DNA of 62,686 nt, filler included, from Chiloscyllium plagiosum (Eukaryota), in NCBI RefSeq assembly GCF_004010195.1. It is 3 parts of one record of this genome, joined end to end, with 100 filler letters (N's around TTAATTAATTAA, not from the genome) between each part and the next. Parts side by side here need not be neighbours in the genome. Positions count along the whole stretch, not along the records: positions 45,419 to 62,686 come from NC_057714.1; 2 more parts are not named here. The stretch is one strand, 5' to 3'. The translations under genes were made by a program, and so were the position numbers. Positions 52,975-62,686 of the stretch are shown here, one piece after another. Every line of letters begins with the position of its first letter. Positions within the stretch are counted from its first letter, which is position 1. The notes beneath the pieces are model-generated. The model was not told the DNA's origin and did no database searches. It saw only the letters and a list, made by a program, of their open reading frames with translations.

Positions 52975-54265
52975 ACATATAAGATAGAGTCATACAGCAT
53001 GCAAATAAACTCTTTGGTCCAACTCATCGGCATCAAAGAGACATTGTAATCTGATGTAGACCCATTGGCAGTATTTGGCCCATATCCCTCTAAATTCTTT
53101 CATGTTATATACACATTCATTTGCCTTTTAAGTGTCGTAATTATACTCACTTCCACCAGTTCCTCTGACAGTTCATTCCATACAAGCACCATCCTCTGCA
53201 GGAAAAAGTTACTTCTCAGCTCCTTTTTTAAACCTTTCCCCTCTAGTTTTACGCCCTTTAGTTCTGTTCTCATCACCCGAGGAAAACAAAACCTTGGTTA
53301 ATCATCCTGTTCACACCCCTCATGATTTTATAAACATAACATTACTCCTTAGTCTCAGATGCTCCAGAGAAAAACGTCCCAGCCAATGGTAGCTTCTCCC
53401 TATAGCTCAAATCCACCAAACCCAACAACTTACTTGTAAATCCTTTCTGCATCTCTCTTGAGTTTAACAACATCCTTCCTATAGAAGGGCCACCAGAACT
53501 TTATGCACAATTCCAAAAGTGGCCTTACCAACGTCCTGTGCAGCCACAACATGAAATTCTAACTCCTAAACTCAATGTTATGACTAATCGAGGTAAGTGT
53601 GCCAAACTCCTCCTTCGCCTCTCCTCCTACCTGCAACCCTATTTTCATAGAAAGATGCATCTGCACCCCTAGGTCTCTTTGTTTTGCTACACTCACTAGG
53701 GCCCTACCGTTTGCTCTTTAATTTCTGTCCTGGTTTGCCTTACCTCACCTTTACAAAAATTAACTCCATCTGCCATTCCTCAGACCATTGATCAAGGTCC
53801 CATGGTACTCTGAGATACTTTTCTTCACTGTTCGATACATCACCTATTTTGGTTTCATCTCCAAACTTACAAACCATATCTCCCATATTCACATCCAAAT
53901 CATTTATATAAATGAAGAAAAGCAGTGGATGCATCACCAATCCAGGAGGTTCATCACTGATCACAGGCCTCTAGTCCAAAAAACAACTCTGTACAACCCT
54001 TTGATTATTACCTTCAAGCCAATTTTGCATCCAATTGCTTTGGTCCCATGGATGCCATGTAATCTAACCTTGCTAACCAGTCTACAATGCAAAAGCTTGC
54101 CAAATGCCTTGCTGTGCATACTGACAACATCGAATGATTTGCCTTCATCAATATTCTTTATCACTTCTCCAAAAAACTCAATTAAATTAGTGAGATGATT
54201 TCCCATTCATAAATCATGTTGACTATCCTTAAGCAGTTCTTGCCTTTCCAAATTCATGTAAATCT
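52975..54265 (-). mobile_element. CR1 RT/3' fragment
   Basis: LTNLIEFFGEVIK...SKAFGKL; IYINDLDVNM..KFGDETK. Confidence 0.8.
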
Positions 54266-54446
54266 GTGGAGAAAAATACAAGTTCACATTTCAAGTCCAA
54301 TGGACCTTCATAAAAAAATTATTTAAAACAGTCTGCAAACAGAAACTCTCATCCCTCCTGTTACATTTACATTTTCTCAAATTAATATTCCCTGTTGGCA
54401 AAGCTGCACATCACTTAACAGGAAAAGTTGTTTAAACAGAACTTAC

Positions 54447-54617
54447 GTTGGCAAGTTGCTCTGCAGTCAACCATTGTCATAAAGTTGTTTGCATTTCCTT
54501 TGCAACCACCATATAAAAATTTCCGACAAGTCCCAGACTTCGTATCGAAAAAAAAGCGAGGGAATGAAGCCCGACACCTTCCTACCATCGCTGGTAATAA
54601 GCATTTGGGAGGTTTGT
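54447..54617 (-). CDS. BPTI/Kunitz-type serine protease inhibitor domain exon (P1 = Arg)
   Basis: ttttgtattttctccag|AC...CAAC|gtaagt; 171 nt, phase 1-1; (D)KPPKCLLPAMVGRCRASFPRFFFDTKSGTCRKFLYGGCKGNANNFMTMVDCRATCQ with exact C-x8-C-x15-C-x7-C-x12-C-x3-C spacing and F.YGGC.GN.NNF signature. Confidence 0.93.
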
Positions 54618-54859
54618 CTGGAGAAAATACAAAATGCTGCATATAACCTCAGTAAAATTGTCTATTTCTCAGGAAACATGAATCAGTGGAAATACTAACC
54701 AATACCTAACCAGTAGTGAAGCACCTCCAGAAAGTCAAATTCAGAAAAGAGATGGCAGACTTTAGTTCGTGCAACATTAAGTGTCCTTTTACTGCCTCAG
54801 ATCCCTGAGCTGGGAAAGAGAAAATCAGCCAGGCTCCCAGTTCTGATCACCACCAGGGA

Positions 54860-56800
54860 CCAAAGAGGGACAATGTGTGTCTGTTGAGACTTTAGATCAC
54901 AACTAAATTGAATTTCTTGTGATGTTATTTGAATGGCACAATCTGTGAGCAGTGAATGCAGTAAACCAGATTGAACAAAGTGCAGGCAAATCACTGCTTC
55001 ACCTGGGGGCCTTAGAAAATGAGGGAGAGGGTAAATGAGAAGGTGTTACAACTTCTGCAATTATATGAGAAGGTACTGTGGGTATGGGGACATGTTGGGA
55101 ATGGAGGAAGAGAGGAAGAAGTTGTCCCAGGGGAATGGTTCCTGCTGAACGTTAACAAGGGATGGGAATGGAATATATGATGGCATGAGGCTGTAAGTGG
55201 TAGAAATAGTGCCTTATATCCCTCTAGATGGAGTGAAAAGTGAGGATAAAGGGGATCCTATCATCGTTGAAGGGAGGGGTGAGGGCAAATGTGTGAAAGA
55301 CAGATCTGGCATTACTGCAGGCCCTGTCAATCACAGTGGATGGGGAATCCTCGCTTGAGGAAAAAAGTTACCTTTCTGAGGTACCTTAGCGGAAGGTGGC
55401 ATCATCACAACAGATATGACAGAGAGGAAGAAACTGGGAAATGTAATGTACTCAAAGGAAGTGAGGTGTGTGGATGCATTTTTAAGGTAACTGTGGGAGG
55501 AATAGGTTTGAAATGGGTGTTAGTGGCTAGGCTTTTGCCAGAAACTAAAACACAGATTTTGAAGAAGGGAAGGGTGTGATCAGGGATGGATCACATGAAG
55601 TGAGAGAGAATGGAAATTGAATTCAAAGTTGATCATTTTCCCAACTCTGGACAAGAAAGAGAAACAACATCAATGATGTAATTAATGTGCTAGAGAAAGA
55701 ATTTTGGATGAGGCTGGGAAGGATTGGAACAAAGAGTATTCCATGTACATCTACAAAGAGACATGTGGGTCCCATTGCAACACCTGAGAAAGTGAAAGGA
55801 AGATGTTCAATTTGAGGATGAGCTTGGCCTGGTGGAGGAGGCTGGTCGTTCAAGCCTTTTTTCCAGGAAGAGATGGAGAACCCTCTGATAATCTGAATGG
55901 AAGATGGGAAATTTAGAGGGATTGCATATCCACTGTAAAGAGGAGGCAGCTTGTGCTAGCAAACTGGACCATGTGAATCTGACATAAAGCATCAAAAGAA
56001 TTGTGGATGTATGAGGGAAGACAATGGACAAGGGGAGAAAAAAAGTACTGAGACTGGTAGGAAGGAATAAGTTCCATTGGACAGAAACAGTCTACCCCAA
56101 TGGTTCTGCCTGGCAGTCCTGTTCGTGGATTTGAGAGAGAGCGCTGTACATGGTTGGGGGACTATGAGGTGGAAAGCTGTAGGGACATCCTGAGATAAGA
56201 TGAGGTTGGTGACAATCATGGAAACAATAGCGTGGTGTCCAAAGGAAGGTTCATAGTCCAGGGGAGTTGAGAGCAGGTAACTGAGAGATGGAGCTTAACC
56301 TCTGCAATGTAGAGGTCAGTATGCCACACAAAGGCAGCATAACCCTTGTCAGCAGGTTTAATTGCAAAGTTAGAGTTAGATCTGAGAGCAAAGAGTGCAG
56401 CAAATTCAAATCGAGATACATTATAATTGATAAGGGAAACAGAGAAATTAAGGAAATTGATGTCATATCAACAGTTCTCAATAAAGAGTTCAAGTGCAGG
56501 TAAGATACGAGAGGGAAAGATCCAGATACATGGAGTGTATTGGATGTGGGTAAAGGGGTCTGTGTGATGGAGAGAGCACTCCTGTCCAAAAAAATGAATA
56601 CAGACAAAAGAGGAGTTTAACAACATCATGTGCCACCCAAAATTCATTGACATGGGGAAATGTCGGAGCAAAACCCCCTTCTGACCTGGGACAAAGACTC
56701 AAGAGACAGGCAGGATTCAGGCAAGTGGAAAAATTCTATGCAAGCAACAGCTGGTTAATGCAGGGAGTGGGCCAAAGACCTTCCCCAAATCTGGCCTCAA
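54860..56800 (-). mobile_element. Old degenerate PLE
   Basis: Minus remnants GVAMGP, ADKG..VV.W-like; homologous to 29930-31600; boundaries approximate. Confidence 0.6.
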
Positions 56801-56925
56801 TGTGAGAACACAGTTGTTCTCTAAATTCCCAGCTTAGATTAGAAGAGAGATCAATGTCACAGTCTGATTTTTACCGTGAAATACAACATTTTTATACATT
56901 TTGTGTCACAATAATCACACACAGC

Positions 56926-59230
56926 ATGGTCATTGTGTCCTTCCCTCTTATTCTGTAAACACAATCCTGTGAAACACCTAATCAATTATGGACATTGCTA
57001 TGGACAGCCCCAGGTTCCTATGATCTCATGGTATTTAATGGATATTCTCATAGAGTCATAGAGATGTACGGCTCAGAAACAAACCCTCTGGTCCAATTGT
57101 CTATATCGGCCAGATAGATTAAATTAATCTAATTCCATCTGCCAGCACTTTACCCATATCCCTTTAAACCCTTCTGATTCATATGCCCATCCAGATGCTT
57201 TTTAAATACTGTAATTGCATCAGCCTCCACCACTTTGTCTGGCAGCTCATCCCAAGCATGTACCACTCTTTGCTTAAAAATGTTGTCCCTGAGGTCCCTT
57301 TTAATTTTTCCCCTCTCACCCTGAACTTATGGTCTCTAGTTCTGGACTCCCCCAACCCAAGGAAAAGACATTGTCTATTTAACCTACTCATGCCCCTCAT
57401 GATTATATAAACCTTCATAAGGCCACCCCTCAGCCTCGGATGCTTGAGATAAAACTGCCCCAGCCTTTTCAGGCTCTCCCTATAGCTCAAACCCTCCAAC
57501 CCCAGCAACATCCTTGAAACTCTTTTCTGAGCCCTTTCTGTTGCAGCTCAGTGGTTAGCACTGATGCCTCACAGCACCAGGGACTCAGGTTTGATTCTTG
57601 CCTCTGAGTGACTATCTGTGTGGAGTCTGCGTGGGTTTCCTCTGGGTGTTCTGGTTTCCTCCCACAATCCAAAGATATGCAGGTCAAGTGAGTTGACCAT
57701 ACTAAATTGCCCATAGTGTTAGGTGCATTAGTCAGGGGTAAATGTAGGGGAATGGGTCTGGGTGGGTTACTCTTCGGAGGGTCGGTGTGGACTTGTTGGG
57801 CTGAAGGGCCTGTTTCCATACTGTAGGGAATCTAATCTTTCAGGTTTCACAATATCCTTCCATTAGGAAGGAGACAAGAATTTCACACAATGTTTCACAA
57901 GTGTCCTAATCATAGTCCTGTACTGTCACCATATGATCTCCCAACTACTATACTTTGGGTAAACATGTCTATAGTTATATTGAAATCTGTTTCTTTGATT
58001 ATCTGATGAATCTTTAATTGAAAACTAATTCTTAATATTGTGAATGACTTCATGGAAACAACTAATTATTACAAAATAACTTGAGCTGTTGTTTTCACGG
58101 CTGGTTCATGGGATGAGATTCACACTCCTTGTTCTAACTGGTACTGTTTGCTTAATGGGACAATATCTACTAACTTTAAAATAGTTATGGAGAGGGACAA
58201 AAGTGGTCCACAGGTTCAAGTTCTAAACTGGGGCAAGGTGAATTTTGATGGAATTACACAGGAGCTTGCAAGGGTCGACTGGAGTAGTTTGGGACCTCTG
58301 CTAAGTGAGAGGCCTTTAAAAGTGAGATAGCTATAGAATTCAAGGTCTATGCGTTACTGTGAGGATGAAGGGCAAGGTTGGCAGGAATAGGGAATCCTGG
58401 ATGACAAGAGAAATTGAGGCTTGACCATAAAAAAGATGGTCATTGTGTCCTTCCCTCTTATTCTGTAAACACAATCCTGTGAAACACCTAATCAATTATG
58501 GACATTGCTATGGACAGCCCCAGGTTCCTATGATCTCATGGTATTTAATGGATATTCTCATAGAGTCATAGAGATGTACGGCTCAGAAACAAACCCTCTG
58601 GTCCAATTGTCTATATCGGCCAGATAGATTAAATTAATCTAATTCCATCTGCCAGCACTTTACCCATATCCCTTTAAACCCTTCTGATTCATATGCCCAT
58701 CCAGATGCTTTTTAAATACTGTAATTGCATCAGCCTCCACCACTTTGCCTGGCAGCTCATCCCAAGCATGTACCACTCTTTGCTCAGAAATGTTGTCCCT
58801 GAGGTCCCTTTTAAATTTATCCCCTCTCACCCTGAACCTATGCTCTCTAGTTCTGGACTCCCCCAACCCAAGGAAAAGACATTGTCTATTTAACCTACTC
58901 ATGTCCCTCATGATTATATAAACCTTCATAAGGCCACCCCTCAGCCTCGGGCACTTGAGATAAAACTGCCCCAGCCTTTTCAGGCTCTCCCTATAGCCTG
59001 GTCCACAGGTTCAAGTTCTAAACTGGGGCAAGGTGAATTTTGATGGAATTACACAGGAGCTTGCGAGGGTCGACGGGAGTAGTTTGGGACCTCTGCCAAG
59101 TGAGAGGCCTTTAAAAGTGAGATAGCTATAGAATTCAAGGTCTATGCGTTCCTGTGAGGATGAAGGGCAATGTTGGCAGGAATAGGGAATCCTGGATGAC
59201 AAGAGAAATTGAGGCTTGACCATAAAAAAG
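56926..59230 (+). repeat. Local complex duplication (56926-57486 = 58436-58997; 58204-58435 = 58999-59230)
   Basis: Direct sequence comparison shows near-identical copies. Confidence 0.9.
57541..57838 (+). mobile_element. HE1-like SINE inserted in minus-strand CR1 3' end (57050-57950)
   Basis: SINE consensus with AATCT tail. Confidence 0.8.
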
Positions 59231-60195
59231 GAGGCGAAGCTCAGGAACAGGTAGCTGGCATCAAGGGAATCCCTGGAGGTACACAGGGAATACAGGAGTT
59301 TACTGAAGACAGAATTTAGGAGGGCGCAAAAGGGGCACGAGATAGCTTTGGCTGAAAAGATTAAGGTGAATCCAAAGAGATTCCTTAAGTATGTTGAAGG
59401 AAAAAGAATAACCAATGAGAGAATAGGGTCCCTCAAGGACCAAAGTGGACATGTGTGTAGAACTGCAGGAGATTTGTTTACCATAGAGAAAGACATGGAG
59501 ACTTTGGAACTTGGGTAAGTTAATGGTGATATCTTGGGGACAGTCCATTTCACAGTAGAGGAGGTGTTGGATGTATTCGAATGTCTGACAGTGGATAAAT
59601 CTCCTGGTCCTGACCAGGTATATCCAAGAACACTGCAAGATGTAAGGGAAGAATTGCAGGGGCACTGGCTGATATTTTTGCATCATCATTAGCCACAGGT
59701 AAGATCCACAAAGACTAGTGGGTAGTGAATGTTGTGCCTTTATTCAAGAAGGGCTGCAAAGAAAAGCCTGGGAACTAAAGACGAGTGAGCCGAGCATCTG
59801 CGATGGGTAAGTTACTTGGGAAGATTCTGAGTAATAAGATTTACATACATTTGGAAAGGCAGGGTTTGATTCGGAGTAGTCAGCATGGCTTTGGGAGTGG
59901 GAGTCATGCCTCACAAGTTTGACAAGGCGGGGTGGTTGGCGAATTCTGTATGGATTTTGATAAGGCTTTTGACAAGCTTCCACATGGTAGGCTGCTCTGG
60001 AAGTTTAGATCACATGGAATCCAGGTGAACTGGAAAATTGGAAAAAAAATTGACATGATGGTAGGAAGTAGAGGGTAATAGTGGAAGGATGCTTGTTGGA
60101 CTGGAGGCCTGTGACTAGTGGAGTGCCTCAGGGGTTGGTGCTGGGCTCATTACAGTTACTTATCTCTATCAATGATTTGGATGAGAATGTACAAG

Positions 60196-60415
60196 GAGAA
60201 AGTGAGGACTGCAGATGCAGGAGATCAGAGCTGAAAAGTAAGTTGCTGGAAAAGCGCAGCATGTCAGGCAGCATCCAAGGAGCAGGAGAATCGACGTTTC
60301 GGGCATAAGCCCTTCTTCAGGAAGGAAGAAGGGATTATGCCCGAAACGTCGTTTCAACTGCTCCTTGGATGCTGCCTGACCTGCTGTGCTTTTCCAGCAA
60401 CACATTTTTCAGCTC
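60196..60415. mobile_element. Young PLE-derived hairpin mini-element in CR1 RT, 14-bp TSD
   Basis: TGAGAATGTACAAG at 60182-60195 and 60416-60429; removing it restores DLDENVQAMISKFADD. Confidence 0.88.
60289..60323 (-). ncRNA. Minimal hammerhead motif with intact core
   Basis: UUC-CUGAAGA-A-GGGC-uuau-GCCC-GAAAC-GUC-GAUU; palindromic ACGU stem III; stem I weak. Confidence 0.6.
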
Positions 60416-61792
60416 TGAGAATGTACAAGCCATGATTAGTAAGTTTGCTGATGATGCTGAAATATCATGGGCAGTGAGGAAGGTTCTCAGAAATTGCAGG
60501 AGGATGTTGAACATCTGGGTAAGTGGGCTGAAAAATGGCAAATTGAGTTTAATATTTTGGAAAGTCAAATCAAGGTAGGAGTTTTATGGTGAATGGTAGG
60601 ACCTAAAGGAGTGTAATGGAACAGAGAGATCATGGAATTCAGGTTCACAGTTCTCTGAAAGTGGAGTCACAGGTAGACTGGGCAGTGAAGAAGGCTTTCG
60701 GCATACTGGTCTTAATCAGTCAGGACATGGAGTATAGAAGTTGGTAAGTTATGTTGCAGTTATACAGGACATTGATGAAGCCGCACTTGGAGTATTGTGT
60801 TCAGTTTTGGTCACCTTGCTACAGTAAGGATGTTATTAAACTGAAAAGAAGAAATTTACAAGGAGATTGCCTGGACTCAATGGTCTGAGTTATAGGAAGA
60901 GGTTGGACAAGCTCGGACTTTTTTTTCTTTCGAGTGTATTATACTGTACAGAAGTATATAAGACCATGAGAGGCATGGATTGGGTGAATGCACTCAGTCT
61001 TTTTCCCAGGTTAGGTAAATCAAGGACTACGGGGCATCAGTTTCAGGTTAGAGGGGAAGTAATAAAAGGAAACCTGAGGGGCAACGTTTTTACACAGCTG
61101 CCAGTGAAGGTGGCTGAGATGGGTATGTTAACAACATTTAAAAGGCATTTGGACAAATATATGGTTAGGAAAGGATTAGAAGGATATGGGCCGAGTGCAA
61201 GGAAATGGGGTTAGCCTGGATGGATATTTTGGTCAGCATGGATCAGTTTGGGTCAAAGAGCTTCTCTCCGTGCTGTAGGACTCTATCACTCTATGATTAT
61301 GACTCGATCTTTTCAGTAATGAGGCTGCAATCAATCACTTGTCTATTCTTAGGCATCCTCAAACTGTCTCAGATGTTTGCTTGCAGGGCCCCTTGTTGAC
61401 CTTGGAGTAGCCCTGTTCAAAAGTATTATTATGTTTCACTTAAATGTTGGAGCAGGCTGTCTCATTCTATTTTACCCTTGTTGGCCATTTTGTGTCTTTC
61501 AAACATGGGTGGTCCTTAAATGAAATAAGGGGTTAGAACCCTTCACTGAGTACTGCTTGGCAGACAGGGAGCAAAGAAAACAAAAACCAATAAAAACATA
61601 GAAAGTTATTGCCTATCCAAAATTTCAGGTAATTTAAAATCAAACGCAAAACTTGAATATATTCCTTTTGTCTTCACAGAATGGATTCCTGTGTATGAAT
61701 AGATATACTTCTGGAAAGTATACTTGAAGCACATTATAAGCAAAGCTGAATATCTGAAACTGGTTGTGCTTACTGAACGAATCAGCACTTAC

Positions 61793-61807
61793 CATTTGGC
61801 TTTATCT
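61793..61807 (-). CDS. Candidate 15-nt microexon of Kunitz gene (EIKPN)
   Basis: Perfect donor ATG|gtaagt, U-rich tract upstream; phase 1-1 only if the second AG of aacaagag is used. Confidence 0.3.
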
Positions 61808-62120
61808 CTCTTGTTAATGATAATAAAAAGTTTGAGAAAGCAAAAATATAATTTCAGGCCTTTTCAGTGATATAAAAAAAGCAGGAATAAATAAAAAACA
61901 AACACTTCCCATCTTTAACTACTGCTGCTTGACCAAACAAACCAACAATATAGTCCTCATGCAGCACATCACTGTGGTTAACACGGGGATTTGTGTCACA
62001 CGTGATTATCCATGTAAGATCTACTTCCAAAACTTGCTTCTTTTATCCTTCAAAGGCAATTGTCAATTACCATTTAGCACTGCCATAAATGTTCTTAACA
62101 TTGGTGTTTAGAATTGAGGA

Positions 62121-62330
62121 GATTTGTTAGCACAGTTGGCTGTTGGCTGGCTAACAATGCAAAGAGGTACGAATCATTCAGGTTCAATTCCTGTACTAGC
62201 TGGGGTTACCATGAAAGACTGTCCTTACCTGGGGTTACCATGAAAAACTGTCCTTACCTGTGGTATGGTGACCCTCAGGCTAAATGTGCACCAGTTGTTT
62301 CTTTCTACAGAGAGAGGAAGGTTATCGTGC
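62121..62330 (+). mobile_element. tRNA-derived SINE with internal ~30-bp duplication
   Basis: TAGCACAGTTGG, GGTTCAATTCC; homologous to 16402-16620. Confidence 0.6.
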
Positions 62331-62397
62331 CTTTACTTTTACTTAAACCTCAGGAAAAAAGCTTAGTGTTGCACTCTGAAAATTTTCAAGGTCGTAC

Positions 62398-62473
62398 CTC
62401 TCTGTGCCATGTTGAATTGTGAAGCCAGCAGCAGCAAGATGCTGCAGGTCATGGTGAAAAGCTGCAACTCCAT
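62398..62473 (-). CDS. First coding exon (signal peptide) of Kunitz inhibitor gene
   Basis: Kozak aaatcATGG; MELQLFTMTCSILLLLASQFNMAQR + G|gtacga (76 nt, phase 1, compatible with the Kunitz exon); hydrophobic core ILLLLA. Confidence 0.78.
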
Positions 62474-62584
62474 GATTTGGACACAGCGAATGAGTCACTG
62501 TTGATTTCACTGTAGGATCCTCTCTGTATCTCGTCACTTTAGTCTGCGCTGGAGCAGTAGAATCAAATGACTCTTCACTCCCTG

Positions 62585-62616
62585 ACTGGAAATTCCATCC
62601 TGGCACATTTATATAG
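62585..62616 (-). promoter_or_regulatory. TATA box and initiator of Kunitz gene
   Basis: Minus CTATATAAAT (62607-62616); Inr-like TCCAGTC with A at 62587, 28 nt downstream; ATG-free 114-nt 5'UTR. Confidence 0.65.
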
Positions 62617-62686
62617 CAGATGTTCCGGCTACTGCACTCTCTCTGGCTCCGAGATGTCCCAGTGTGATTCCAAGTGGAAAACCAAA

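Larger units (their letters stand above)
58160..61300 (+). mobile_element. CR1 ORF2 (tether, RT, 3' end), interrupted
   Basis: NFKIVMERDK...LNWGKVNF; DKSPGPD; GVPQGLVLG...INDLDENVQ/AMISKFADD; TFKRHLDKYM; CTATGA tail. Confidence 0.88.

Noticed and set aside
54447..54617. Kunitz exon as a cassette exon of neurabin-1
   Set aside because: The PPP1R9A terminal intron is phase 0; in that frame the exon reads TNLPNAYYQRW-stop, and a disulfide domain makes no sense in a cytosolic protein
2962..60415. Recurrent GGAAAAGCACAGCAGGTCAGGCAGCATC repeats as a CRISPR-like array
   Set aside because: Dispersed, both orientations, eukaryotic context; they are PLE termini
61793..61912. Hydrophobic ATG ORF (MGSVCFLFIPAFF...) as alternative signal exon
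   Set aside because: In-frame TAA before the donor and wrong phase; hydrophobicity reflects a T-rich tract

Overview
Vertebrate genomic DNA, very likely a cartilaginous fish (shark). The evidence is the HE1-type tRNA SINEs, the CR1/L2/L1/Tx1 LINEs and the abundant Penelope-like elements (PLEs). Protein-coding content: (i) the last two exons of a paraoxonase gene on + (1095-1223, 2184-2351); (ii) the convergent terminal exon of PPP1R9A/neurabin-1 on - (15792-15995) with a ~3.8 kb TE-free 3'UTR, the same PON/PPP1R9A arrangement as in mammals; (iii) what appears to be a complete small secreted single-Kunitz protease-inhibitor gene on -. That gene has a TATA box at 62608-62615, a signal-peptide exon at 62398-62473, a Kunitz exon at 54447-54617 and a stop-containing exon near 46239, and it lies where the last PPP1R9A intron should be. 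The rest is mostly retroelement debris. It includes many PLE termini with minimal hammerhead-ribozyme motifs and short TSD-flanked hairpin elements that fold back at the ribozyme. There are four N gaps; two carry an artificial TTAATTAATTAA spacer, so gene order across them is uncertain. All family assignments are from motif recognition, not database searches.
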